A stretch of 34,802 nucleotides of DNA. It comes from a candidate division WOR-3 bacterium. Lineage in GTDB: Bacteria > Hydrothermota > Hydrothermia > Hydrothermales > Hydrothermaceae. The DNA is taken from positions 1 through 34,802 of the forward strand of contig JBDRZD010000005.1 in the NCBI GenBank assembly GCA_039803745.1, written 5' to 3'. The notes under the pieces are model-generated. The model saw only the letters and a list, made by a program, of their open reading frames with translations, did not search any database and was not told the origin of the DNA. The position numbers and the translations under genes were made by a program. Shown here piece after piece: positions 10,340 through 19,463 of the stretch (the first letter of the stretch is position 1; every line of letters starts with the position of its first letter).

Positions 10340-11627
10340 AATATTTATCTTATTTATCTTTTTAAATTCCTGTATAGCCTTTAAAGCCTATTTTAACACT
10401 TTTTATAATGCAAAGAAAATATTTAAAGAAACAGAAGAAAGTTATATAAAAAATAATTATACATTAAATCAGGGAATAAAACAGGGATACGAAAAGGCGA
10501 TTCAGAAATTTCTCTATGTGATAAAATACTATCCTTCCTCACCTTTTCTTGATGATGCCCTTTATTATTTAGTAATTTCATATATAAGAATAGAAGAATA
10601 TGAAAAGGCAATGAGAAAATTTGAAGAAATTTTAAGATATGCTTCAAAAAGTAAATTCTCATCCCTTGCATTTCTTGAACTTTCTAAAGAATTAATAAAT
10701 AAAGGAAGAAACGAAGATTTTGAATATGTATATATATTAACAAGGGATACAGAAGCATTTAAAAGGATAGATGAAAAAGAAAAAATATTTTACAAAATAT
10801 TCTATGATTTTATGAATGAAGATTATGGAAGTGTGGTAAGGGAAGGGGAAAATTTTTTAAGAAAATTTAAGAAACATAATTTAAAAGAGAAAATTACTCA
10901 AATGATTTTGAAAAGTTATATAAAACTGCATCAAGAGGAAAAAGCAATTTCCTTTTTAAGGGAATTTTATAAAGAAGAAGAAATGCCCATTTCCCATTAT
11001 TTAATCTTATCAGATGTATATGTTTCAAAAGGTGATACCCAAAGAGGAATAGAAATACTTGAAAATGTTTATAAAAAAACTTCTTCAAAAGAGGCTTTTT
11101 TTAAAATTGTTGAAATAAAAAAAAGCAAAGGAGAATTTATAAGAAGTCTTTTAAACGATTTTAAAGATAAAATAAAAGAGGATAGTTTGAAACAAAGGGT
11201 TTTATTTGAAATTGCAGAAACTTATGATGAAAGAGACAGTTTGGAAAAGAAAGAGGAAATATTAAAAGAAACATTAAGGATTTCTTCCTATACAGAATAT
11301 GGTAAGAAAGCAAATGAATATATAGAAGTTTTAGAAAAATTTAAAAATTTAGAAAAAAAAGAGAATAAAGAAGGAAGGGATTATTTTTTGCTTGCAGAAG
11401 ACTATTATATAAAACTTTCAAAACCTTTATTTAGCGAATATTTTTTAAAAAAGGCAATAGAGTATAATGACCCCATATATACACCAAAGGCTTATTATTT
11501 TTTATTCTTTTTGCAGAAAGAAATTCTAAAAAAAGAAGATGCTAACGCTACTTTTGAAGAGTTTAAAAAAAGATATCCAAAAAGTTTTTATATTGAAGAA
11601 ATAGAAAGGAGATTAAATGTTCGTTGA
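10323..11627 (+). CDS. Tetratricopeptide-repeat lipoprotein
   Basis: GTG start, signal peptide with lipobox-like FLNS-C, TPR pattern AIQKF..VIKYYPSSPFLDDALYYL, terminal YPKSFY. Confidence 0.75.
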   Translation: MAPKNKIFILFIFLNSCIAFKAYFNTFYNAKKIFKETEESYIKNNYTLNQGIKQGYEKAIQKFLYVIKYYPSSPFLDDALYYLVISYIRIEEYEKAMRKFEEILRYASKSKFSSLAFLELSKELINKGRNEDFEYVYILTRDTEAFKRIDEKEKIFYKIFYDFMNEDYGSVVREGENFLRKFKKHNLKEKITQMILKSYIKLHQEEKAISFLREFYKEEEMPISHYLILSDVYVSKGDTQRGIEILENVYKKTSSKEAFFKIVEIKKSKGEFIRSLLNDFKDKIKEDSLKQRVLFEIAETYDERDSLEKKEEILKETLRISSYTEYGKKANEYIEVLEKFKNLEKKENKEGRDYFLLAEDYYIKLSKPLFSEYFLKKAIEYNDPIYTPKAYYFLFFLQKEILKKEDANATFEEFKKRYPKSFYIEEIERRLNVR

Positions 11628-12378
11628 AGAAAAAGCAGAAATAATCAATATCATAGACCTGGATAAAGATTATTATGAAATAATACTTTCTTCACCACAA
11701 ATATCAAAACTTGCAAAACCAGGGCAGTTCGTAAATATAAAAATTCAGGAAGGAGATTTTCCCCTTTTAAGAAGACCATTCAGCATATGGAGTGCAAAAG
11801 AAAATTATATAGAACTTTTGATAAAAGAAATTGGAATAGGGACAAAAATACTCAGAAAAGAAAAAAAAGGAAAAATATCTGTAATAGGTCCTCTTGGAAA
11901 ACCCTTCCCTTCTCCTCAAAAAGATGATATAATAGTTCTTTTAGGAGGAGGAACAGGGATTGTTCCTCTTTGTTTTTATGCAGAAAAAATAGAAAATAAA
12001 AAAATATTCTTTATAGGATTTAAACATTCTCCAAATCCATATATTTTAAAGAGGATTGAAGAAATAAGTGATAAAATTTTTATTTCCACAGAAGACGGAT
12101 CTTTTGGTTTTAAAGGAATTTTAAGCGAACTATTCAAAGAGGAAATTGAAGATATTGACTCAGAAAAAACAAAATATTTTTTGTGTGGTCCTTATGAAAT
12201 GCTCAAAACTTTTGAAAAAATACTTCCTATTGATAGAACATTTGTCTCCCTTGAAGGGATAATGGGTTGTGGTTTTGAAATATGTATGGGATGTGCTGTG
12301 AAAAAAAGGGATGAGGATAGATATATAAGAGTATGTAAGGAAGGACCATTATTTTTATTAAAAGATGTAGAGATATGA
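11617..12378 (+). CDS. pyrK: Dihydroorotate dehydrogenase electron transfer subunit
   Basis: PGQFV, LRRPFS, GPLG, GGGTG, CGP and the 2Fe-2S motif MGCGFEICMGC...VCKEGP. Confidence 0.93.
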   Translation: MFVEEKAEIINIIDLDKDYYEIILSSPQISKLAKPGQFVNIKIQEGDFPLLRRPFSIWSAKENYIELLIKEIGIGTKILRKEKKGKISVIGPLGKPFPSPQKDDIIVLLGGGTGIVPLCFYAEKIENKKIFFIGFKHSPNPYILKRIEEISDKIFISTEDGSFGFKGILSELFKEEIEDIDSEKTKYFLCGPYEMLKTFEKILPIDRTFVSLEGIMGCGFEICMGCAVKKRDEDRYIRVCKEGPLFLLKDVEI

Positions 12379-13274
12379 AAATAAGAATAAAGAATATTGA
12401 ATTTAAAAACCCAGTTTTTACTGCATCAGGAACATTTGGTTATGGAGATGAACTTAAAGATATTTTACCCCTTGAAAAACTTGGAGCAATTGTTACAAAA
12501 GGAATAAGTTTGAAAGAAAGGAAGGGAAACCCACCACCAAGACTCGCTGAAACTCCTTGCGGTCTTTTAAATTCAATAGGGCTTGAAAATATTGGAATTG
12601 AAAGATTTGTTAAAGAAAAGCTCCCGAGTTTAAAAAATATAGGAACAGAAATAATAGTAAATGTATTTGGAGAAAAAATTGAAGAATATGTTGAGATTTC
12701 AAAAATTCTTGAAAAGGAAGGAATAAGGTGTATTGAACTAAACCTTTCCTGTCCAAATGTAGAAAAAGGAGGAATGGAATTTGGAAGAGATGAAAAGATT
12801 GTAAGAAAAATAGTTGAGAAAGTAAGAGAAAATTTCAATGGGGTAATATTTGTCAAACTTTCACCTAATTTTGTTGATATATTGAAAATATCAAAATCTG
12901 CTGAAAAAGGTGGAGCAGATGCTTTAACACTTATAAATACGATTATTGGAACAAGTATTGATGTTGAAAACTTATGTTTTAAATTAAAAAGAGGATTTGG
13001 CGGTCTTTCAGGTCCTGCAATAAGACCGATTGCCCTTTATATTGTTTATAGAGTTTATCAGGAGGTTGATATACCAATTGCTGGGGTTGGCGGAATAAGT
13101 GATGCAAAAAGTGCAATTGAGTTTTTACTTGCAGGTGCAACATGTATACAAATTGGAACGCAGAATTTCATTGATCCATGGATTTCCTTTAAAATAATAG
13201 ATGGAATTAAAGAATTTTTAAAAAGAAAAAATATGAAATTAGAAGAAATTATAGGATATTTAAACAAAAAATGA
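12375..13274 (+). CDS. pyrD: Dihydroorotate dehydrogenase 1B catalytic subunit
   Basis: ASGTFG, GNPPPR, NSIGLEN, ELNLSCPN, KLSPN, GGLSGPAI, GVGGI. Confidence 0.96.
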   Translation: MKIRIKNIEFKNPVFTASGTFGYGDELKDILPLEKLGAIVTKGISLKERKGNPPPRLAETPCGLLNSIGLENIGIERFVKEKLPSLKNIGTEIIVNVFGEKIEEYVEISKILEKEGIRCIELNLSCPNVEKGGMEFGRDEKIVRKIVEKVRENFNGVIFVKLSPNFVDILKISKSAEKGGADALTLINTIIGTSIDVENLCFKLKRGFGGLSGPAIRPIALYIVYRVYQEVDIPIAGVGGISDAKSAIEFLLAGATCIQIGTQNFIDPWISFKIIDGIKEFLKRKNMKLEEIIGYLNKK

Positions 13275-13993
13275 AACCAGAAGAAAGGATAATTCTTGCA
13301 TTGAATACAAATTCTCCTGATAGAGCAAGACAATGGATAGATATATTTAAAGAAAGGATTAAATGGTTTAAAATAGGAATTCCCCTTTATATTTCAGGAG
13401 GGAATAGATTCATCGAAGAATTAAAAAAAGAAAATTTGAGGATTTTCCTTGATTTAAAATTCCATGACATACCTTCTGTTGTGGCTCAATCTATTGAAGC
13501 AGCCTCCCTTCTTGAAATTGATATGCTTACAGTTCATACACTTGGTGGTTTTGAAATGCTTGAGCAGAGTGTTAAAACTGCATGGGATTTTGAAAAAAGA
13601 TATGGAAAAAGACCACTTATTATAGGAGTTACGATATTAACAAGTATGCAGGAAGCAGCGGTTGAGGATCTTGTAGGTTTTTCAATTTCAAAAGGTGCAG
13701 AAATACTTGCGAATATGGCAAAAAGTGCAGGACTTGATGGGATTGTCTCCTCTCCTCTTGAAGCAAGAAAAATAAGAGAAATATGTGGAAAAGATTTTAT
13801 AATAATAACACCTGGTATAAGGCTTCCTGAAGATGAGAGTTTTGACCAGGAAAGGGTAGCAACACCATCATTTGCAATAAAAGAAGGAGCAACATATATA
13901 GTTGTTGGAAGACCATTAACTCATGCAAGGGAGCCAATTAAAAAATTGGAAAGATATATTGAGGATATTGAAAAAGGATTAAAATTTGATTGA
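13271..13993 (+). CDS. pyrF: Orotidine-5'-phosphate decarboxylase
   Basis: FLDLKFHDIP, VTILTS, TPGIR, DQERV, VVGRP. Confidence 0.96.
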   Translation: MKPEERIILALNTNSPDRARQWIDIFKERIKWFKIGIPLYISGGNRFIEELKKENLRIFLDLKFHDIPSVVAQSIEAASLLEIDMLTVHTLGGFEMLEQSVKTAWDFEKRYGKRPLIIGVTILTSMQEAAVEDLVGFSISKGAEILANMAKSAGLDGIVSSPLEARKIREICGKDFIIITPGIRLPEDESFDQERVATPSFAIKEGATYIVVGRPLTHAREPIKKLERYIEDIEKGLKFD

Positions 13994-14019
13994 AATTTTA
14001 TTCTCTTTATCTTTATTAT
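13990..14019 (+). promoter_or_regulatory. Sigma70-type promoter TTGAAA-N18-TATTAT for the tRNA-Phe/Thr-glmM-dnaX operon
   Basis: -35 at 13990-13995 overlaps the pyrF stop; -10 at 14014-14019; tRNA-Phe begins at 14035. Confidence 0.6.
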
Positions 14020-14034
14020 ATAAATACTTGAAAT

Positions 14035-14107
14035 GCCGGGGTAGCTCAGTCGGTAGAGCACTGGACTGAAAATCCAGGTGTCCCCGGTTCGATTCCGGGC
14101 CCCGGCA
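14035..14107 (+). tRNA. tRNA-Phe (anticodon GAA)
   Basis: GCCGGGG/CCCCGGC acceptor stem, CTGGA-CTGAAAA-TCCAG anticodon arm, TTCGATT T-loop; CCA not encoded. Confidence 0.98.
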
Positions 14108-14120
14108 TTTTTTATTATAA

Positions 14121-14192
14121 GCCAGGGTAGCTTAGCAAACAAGGTGGTAGATTGAAAAACAAGGGTTTGTGGTGCGATTCTAAGGCTTTAAA
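14121..14192 (+). pseudogene. Degenerate tRNA-Phe-like copy
   Basis: Colinear with the upstream tRNA-Phe: 13 of the first 15 nt identical, GAA at tRNA positions 34-36 (14154-14156), GGTGCGATTC T-loop remnant; acceptor and anticodon stems are disrupted. Confidence 0.7.
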
Positions 14193-14199
14193 GGATTTT

Positions 14200-14272
14200 G
14201 CCGGGGTAGCTCAAGGGTTAGAGCAGCCGCTTCGTAAGCGGCAGGTTGCAGGTTCAAATCCTGTCCCCGGCT
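14200..14272 (+). tRNA. tRNA-Thr (anticodon CGT)
   Basis: GCCGGGG/CCCCGGC acceptor stem, GCCGC-TTCGTAA-GCGGC anticodon arm, TTCAAAT T-loop; CCA not encoded. Confidence 0.97.
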
Positions 14273-14283
14273 TAAATTAAAAA

Positions 14284-15612
14284 GTGGGTAATTTATTCTT
14301 CACAATTTCAGGACTAAGGGGAATAATCGGGGAGAGTTTAACTCCTGAACTTGTTGCAAGGATTAGTGCTCATTTTGGAAATTTTTCAGGAAAAGGTGAA
14401 ATAATAATAGGAGAGGATACAAGAAAATCAAGTGAAATGATAAAGTCTGCAGCAATTTCAGGACTTTTAGGGGTGGGTATCACTCCAGTTGATATAGGAG
14501 TTGTACCGACGCCAACAATTCTTTTTGCAGTTAGAGAAAAGAAAGCAAAAGGTGGGATAGCAGTAACAGGAAGTCATAATCCACCTGAATGGAATGCTTT
14601 AAAGTTTATAGGGGAAAATGGAACATTTTTAAAGGAAAAAGAAATAAAAATCTTAAAAAATCTTTTAAAGAAAAAACCAAAATATAAAAAGAGTGAAGAA
14701 ATAAAAAAGGTTGAAAAGGAGTATTATATTGAGAAACATATAAATGCAATACTTAATGAAAAAATATTTAATATAAAAAAGATAAAAGAAAAAAGATTTA
14801 ATGTTGGTATAGATGGAGCAAATGGTGCTGCATCTTTAGCAATTCCATTACTCTGTGAAAAACTCAACTGTAAAGTTTTTAAAATAAATTGTGATAAACC
14901 GGGATATTTTGAAAGAGAACCAGAGCCAACTGCAAACAACCTTGATTCTTTAAGAAATCTTGTTCTGGAAAGAAATCTTGATATTGGATTTGCAACCGAT
15001 GCTGACGGGGATAGACTTGTTATTATTTTAAAAGGTGGAAAAATTTTATCAGAAGAGCATACTCTCCCACTTTTTATATATTATATGCTCTCAAAAATAA
15101 AGGAAAAGAAACCTGTTATAACAAACTATTCAACATCAAGAATGGTTGATGAAGTTGCTAAAAAATTTGGAGCATCTGTGAAAAGAACAAAGGTTGGGGA
15201 AGCCTTTGTTGTTGAAAAAATGGAAAAGGAAAAGGCAATTTTGGGGGGGGAAGGAAATGGAGGAGTAATATACAGAAACATAAATTTTACAAGGGATTCT
15301 TTGATAGGGGTTGCGGCTATTCTCTCTTTACTATGTGAAGTTGAGGATTCAAGAGATTTTGAAAAATTGGTTCCAGAATTTTTTATGAAAAAAATAAAAA
15401 TACCCTATAAAAGGATAAATTTTGATAAATTTATTAAAATTTTAAAACCAAAAGAAATAAATATGGAAGATGGCTTGCTTTTGAATTTTGATGACGGTTT
15501 TTTGCACATAAGAAAATCAAATACCGAACCAATAATAAGGGTTATAGGAGAGTTCAAAGAAAATAAAAAAACTGAAGAAATATTTAAAAAAATAAAAAAT
15601 TTCTTAAAATGA
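14284..15612 (+). CDS. glmM: Phosphoglucosamine mutase-like phosphohexomutase
   Basis: GTG start; TISGLRG, TGSHNP, TDADGDR, GEGNGG, RKSNTEP. Substrate specificity is inferred. Confidence 0.8.
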   Translation: MGNLFFTISGLRGIIGESLTPELVARISAHFGNFSGKGEIIIGEDTRKSSEMIKSAAISGLLGVGITPVDIGVVPTPTILFAVREKKAKGGIAVTGSHNPPEWNALKFIGENGTFLKEKEIKILKNLLKKKPKYKKSEEIKKVEKEYYIEKHINAILNEKIFNIKKIKEKRFNVGIDGANGAASLAIPLLCEKLNCKVFKINCDKPGYFEREPEPTANNLDSLRNLVLERNLDIGFATDADGDRLVIILKGGKILSEEHTLPLFIYYMLSKIKEKKPVITNYSTSRMVDEVAKKFGASVKRTKVGEAFVVEKMEKEKAILGGEGNGGVIYRNINFTRDSLIGVAAILSLLCEVEDSRDFEKLVPEFFMKKIKIPYKRINFDKFIKILKPKEINMEDGLLLNFDDGFLHIRKSNTEPIIRVIGEFKENKKTEEIFKKIKNFLK

Positions 15613-17054
15613 ACCTTGCAAGAAAATATAGACCAAAAACTTTTTCAGAAGTTGTGGGACAGGAGATTACAACAAGGGTTTTAAGGAATGCAATAAGTAT
15701 AGGTAAAATAGGTAAAGATATAACTGCAATTTTATTCTCAGGGCAAAGGGGAATAGGAAAAACAACACTTGCAAGGATAGTTGCAAAGTCTTTAAATTGT
15801 GAAAAAGGTGTGTCTTACGAGCCCTGTAATGTATGTGAAAATTGTATATCAATTTCTGAGGGAAAGAATATGGATGTCCTTGAAATAGATGGTGCTTCAA
15901 ATAGGGGAATAGATGAAATAAGAATTTTAAGAGAAAATGTAAAACTTGTTCCTGTTAAATCAAGATATAAGATAATAATAATTGATGAAGTTCATATGCT
16001 TACACAGGAAGCCTTCAATGCTCTTTTAAAAACCCTTGAAGAGCCTCCACCAAATGTTGTGTTTATATTTGCAACAACCGAAAAACAAAGGGTTCCTGAT
16101 ACAATAATCTCAAGGACGCTCGCTTTTGACCTCTTTCCAATAAAAAAAGAGGAAATTTTAAAAAGATTAAAAGAAATTGCTGAAAAGGAAAAAATAAATA
16201 TTGAAGAAAAAGCATTAGAAAGAATTGCAGAAAACTCAGAAGGGAGTTTAAGAGATGCCTTAACCCTTTTAGAAAAAGCATATATGTATAATCCTGAAAA
16301 AATAAGCTTAAAGGATATAAATGAAATAATAGGATTTGCTCCTGAAGAAATATATAAAGAGATATGGAGTGAAATAATAAAAGGGAATTTTTCCTCCTGT
16401 CTTTCACACATTAAAAAAATATTTGAAAGAGGTATTAGCGAAATAAATTTTATAAGGGGCTTTCAGGAATACTTAAATGAAATTCTTAAAGAGCATGTGT
16501 TAGAGGGTAGAGAATTGCCTTCAAATTTAAAGGAGATTGACATTATAAGAATGATAAAATTACTACTTGATGCCGAAGGATATTTAAGATGGGTTTCTAA
16601 TCCAGGAATTTATATTGAATTTCTAATATCAAAAATGTGTTATTTGCCGAGAAGCCTGGATGTGGAAAAAATGCTTGAAGCAGTTTCTATAAGGGAAACA
16701 AAGGAAATAATTATACCTAAAGAAGTTAAAGAGGTTAAAATAGAAGAAAAGGATAAATGGGAAATATTTCTTGAAAAAATTAAAGAAATAAATAGTGCAA
16801 TCTTTTTAGCCATTAAAAATATTAAACCAAAAATAAAGGAAAAGGAAATTTTAATAGAAATGAACTCGGCAATTTACGAAATGATTGAAACAAAAAGAGA
16901 AATTGTGGAAGAAAAGATTAAAGAAGTATATGGAAGTGAAATGAAATTAAATATTGCTCTTAAAAAAGAAGAAGTTAAAAAGTCTGAGATAAGAGAAACA
17001 ATGGAAAAATTATTTAATCTGGAATTATTCGGAACTGATGAAAGTAAGAGTTAA
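15609..17054 (+). CDS. dnaX: DNA polymerase III subunit gamma/tau
   Basis: LARKYRP, GQRGIGKTT Walker A, Zn-binding Cys cluster, EIDGASNRGID, IIDEVHML, ALLKTLEEPP. Confidence 0.96.
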   Translation: MNLARKYRPKTFSEVVGQEITTRVLRNAISIGKIGKDITAILFSGQRGIGKTTLARIVAKSLNCEKGVSYEPCNVCENCISISEGKNMDVLEIDGASNRGIDEIRILRENVKLVPVKSRYKIIIIDEVHMLTQEAFNALLKTLEEPPPNVVFIFATTEKQRVPDTIISRTLAFDLFPIKKEEILKRLKEIAEKEKINIEEKALERIAENSEGSLRDALTLLEKAYMYNPEKISLKDINEIIGFAPEEIYKEIWSEIIKGNFSSCLSHIKKIFERGISEINFIRGFQEYLNEILKEHVLEGRELPSNLKEIDIIRMIKLLLDAEGYLRWVSNPGIYIEFLISKMCYLPRSLDVEKMLEAVSIRETKEIIIPKEVKEVKIEEKDKWEIFLEKIKEINSAIFLAIKNIKPKIKEKEILIEMNSAIYEMIETKREIVEEKIKEVYGSEMKLNIALKKEEVKKSEIRETMEKLFNLELFGTDESKS

Positions 17055-17457
17055 AAAATTTGAAGGACTGAAACTCGTGGGAGAGAGCGCTTCAGGGCAT
17101 AGTATAGTAATAGATACAAAAAGAGAGGTTGGGGGATTTGAAAGCGCTCCTTCTCCAATGGAATACCTTCTTATGGCCTGTGGTGCATGCACTTTAATGG
17201 ATGTTATTTCAATTTTAGAGAAAATGAAGGTAAATTATAAAGAAATTGAAATTGAAGTGGAGGGAAAAAGAAAAGAAGAACACCCAAAATATTTTGAAGA
17301 AATTAAATTGAATTATATTTTAAAGGGTGAAAATATTGAAAAAGAAAAAGTAGAAAAAGCAATAAATCTTTCTCTTGAAAAGTATTGTTCAGTTTCAAAC
17401 AATTTGAAACCAAAGACAAAAATAATTTACAATATAGAAATAAAAAAAGGAGAATAA
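17038..17457 (+). CDS. OsmC/YhfA family protein
   Basis: PSPMEYLLMACGACT and LSLEKYCSVS motifs. Confidence 0.9.
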   Translation: MKVRVKKFEGLKLVGESASGHSIVIDTKREVGGFESAPSPMEYLLMACGACTLMDVISILEKMKVNYKEIEIEVEGKRKEEHPKYFEEIKLNYILKGENIEKEKVEKAINLSLEKYCSVSNNLKPKTKIIYNIEIKKGE

Positions 17458-17458
17458 A

Positions 17459-17680
17459 ATGAAAGAAACAGCAATTTTTATTATAATATGGATGTTTTTT
17501 ATATTTTTTTCTTTAATATTTTTATCAAAAAGAATTGCACTTCTATCAATTGTTCCAATTTTTTGTGCAGTTATTGCCTATTTTTCCCATAATACAAAAA
17601 TTCTTGCAATGATTTTTTTAATCTTATTTTTAATTTATTTATTCAGTTCAAAAATTATATTAAAAGGAGAAAAATCATGA
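17459..17680 (+). CDS. Small hypothetical membrane protein
   Basis: 73-aa highly hydrophobic ORF; SD AGGAG upstream; ATGA overlap with the next gene. Confidence 0.65.
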   Translation: MKETAIFIIIWMFFIFFSLIFLSKRIALLSIVPIFCAVIAYFSHNTKILAMIFLILFLIYLFSSKIILKGEKS

Positions 17681-18528
17681 AGATAAAAAAAATATTGTGT
17701 CCTATTGAAATTGAAAGAGAGTCAGAAATCTTAATTTCCTCCTCTTTATTTTTAGCAAAAAGTTTAAAAGCAAAATTATATCTTTTAAATGTTGTTGAAA
17801 AAATAGAAACACCACTTGTAAAAATTTTGGGTTATGAAGAAAAGGTTGAGAAATTTTTGAAGGAAGAAGGGGAGAAAAGGGAAAAAGAAATGAATAATAA
17901 AATTGAAGAACTCAAAAAAGAAAAAATTGAAGTTGAAGGGAAAATAAGGTATGGAAAGGCAAGTGCACAGATAATAGAATTTGCAGAAGAGATAAAACCG
18001 GATCTGATTATAATGGGAACCCAGACAACATATGGAATAGAAAGATATTTTATAGGCTCAACAACATGGAGGGTAATAGAAAGTAAGAAATTTCCTGTTC
18101 TTACAACAAGAGTAAAAATTGAAAAAAAACCCGAAGTAATACTTGTGCCAGTTGATCTTTCACCAATATCTTTTCAAGCAGTATCTTATGCAAATATTAT
18201 GAAAGAAATTTTTGATTCAAAAATCTATTTTTTACATGTACTGGTTATACTGGAAAGCATGGCAAAATGGGAAGCAGCAGAAAAAATGGAAGAGGAAATA
18301 AAAAAGAAAATAGGACAGGAAAAGAAAATATCAGGTGAGATAATTATTGAAAAATCACCTGATGCTGCAAGCGGAATATTAAAAGCTTGCAAAGATATAA
18401 AAGCGGATATGATAATAATGACAACCCATGGAAGAGGAGGAATTGAAAAAGCATTATTTGGCTCTATTGCTGAAAGAATCATAAGAGAAAGTGAAGTGCC
18501 TGTTTTGTCCTTGCCTCCTTTAGCTTAA
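17677..18528 (+). CDS. Universal stress protein (tandem USP domains)
   Basis: KILCPI...DLIIMGT...IGSTT and ILVPVDLS...DMIIMTTHGRGG...FGSIAERIIR...PVL. Confidence 0.92.
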   Translation: MKIKKILCPIEIERESEILISSSLFLAKSLKAKLYLLNVVEKIETPLVKILGYEEKVEKFLKEEGEKREKEMNNKIEELKKEKIEVEGKIRYGKASAQIIEFAEEIKPDLIIMGTQTTYGIERYFIGSTTWRVIESKKFPVLTTRVKIEKKPEVILVPVDLSPISFQAVSYANIMKEIFDSKIYFLHVLVILESMAKWEAAEKMEEEIKKKIGQEKKISGEIIIEKSPDAASGILKACKDIKADMIIMTTHGRGGIEKALFGSIAERIIRESEVPVLSLPPLA

Positions 18529-19463
18529 CCTTCTATCTCTTCCTTTCCAGGTCCTAAAAGAAGGTATAATACAGCCATCCTTATGGCAACACCATTTTCA
18601 ACCTGCTCTAATATAATATTTCTATTTGAATCAAGAACTTCATAATCAAGTTCAACTCCCCAGTTTACAGGTCCTGGATGCATTATTAGTGCATCTTCTC
18701 TTATATATTTAAGTCTTTCATAGGTTATTCCATAAATTTTTCTATATTCACGAAAAGAAGGTATTAAGGATTTACCACCCCTTTCCTTTTGAACCCTCAA
18801 AGCCATTATCACATCTACATCTTTTAAAACTTCGTCAAGTTTATAAGAAATTTTACACCCTGTTACTTCAAACTCCTTTGGTAAAAGTGTTGGAGGGCCA
18901 CAGAGTGTAACATCCATTCCCATCTTTAGCATCCCGTAAATATTTGACCTTGCAACCCTTGAATGAAGTATGTCTCCTACTATTAAAACTTTTAGACCTT
19001 CAAGTTTTCCCTTTTTTTCTTTAATTGTATAAATATCTAAAAGTGCCTGTGTTGGGTGTTCATTTATTCCATCACCTGCATTTATTACAGAAGCAGAGGT
19101 ATGCTTTGCAAGAAAATGTGGGGCACCTGAGAAAGAATGTCTTATTACAAAGGCATCTACTCTCATTGCAGCAATATTTTTTAAAGTATCAAGGGTTGTT
19201 TCACCTTTTGTAATTGAAGATGTGCTGGCTGAAAAATTTAATGAATCTGCTGAAAGCCTTTTTTCAGCCAGTTCAAAGGAAGACCTTGTTCTTGTTGAAG
19301 GTTCAAAGAAAAGGTTACAAACTGTTTTTCCTCTTAAAGAAGGAACCTTTGGTATAGGTCTTCTTAAAACTTCCTTAAAGGATGTAGCAACATCAAAAAT
19401 CATTTCAATCTCCTCTCTATCTAAATCCCTCAAAGATATTAAATCTTTTCTTTTAAGTTTCAT
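18525..19463 (-). CDS. pyrB: Aspartate carbamoyltransferase catalytic subunit
   Basis: FFEPSTRTRSSFE, NAGDGINEHPTQALLD, GDILHSRVARS, LRVQKER, MHPGP. Confidence 0.97.
   Translation of the reverse strand: MKLKRKDLISLRDLDREEIEMIFDVATSFKEVLRRPIPKVPSLRGKTVCNLFFEPSTRTRSSFELAEKRLSADSLNFSASTSSITKGETTLDTLKNIAAMRVDAFVIRHSFSGAPHFLAKHTSASVINAGDGINEHPTQALLDIYTIKEKKGKLEGLKVLIVGDILHSRVARSNIYGMLKMGMDVTLCGPPTLLPKEFEVTGCKISYKLDEVLKDVDVIMALRVQKERGGKSLIPSFREYRKIYGITYERLKYIREDALIMHPGPVNWGVELDYEVLDSNRNIILEQVENGVAIRMAVLYLLLGPGKEEIEG

Noticed and set aside
13921..14142. 73-aa minus-strand ORF containing GARNRTGDTWIFSPVLYRLSYPG
   Set aside because: This is the antisense translation of tRNA-Phe, a common spurious ORF.
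15609..17054. Programmed gamma/tau frameshift in dnaX
   Set aside because: A-runs occur (e.g. near 16142) but inside the AAA+ region; I saw no slippery site with a stimulatory hairpin and nearby stop after domain III, and A-runs are ubiquitous here.
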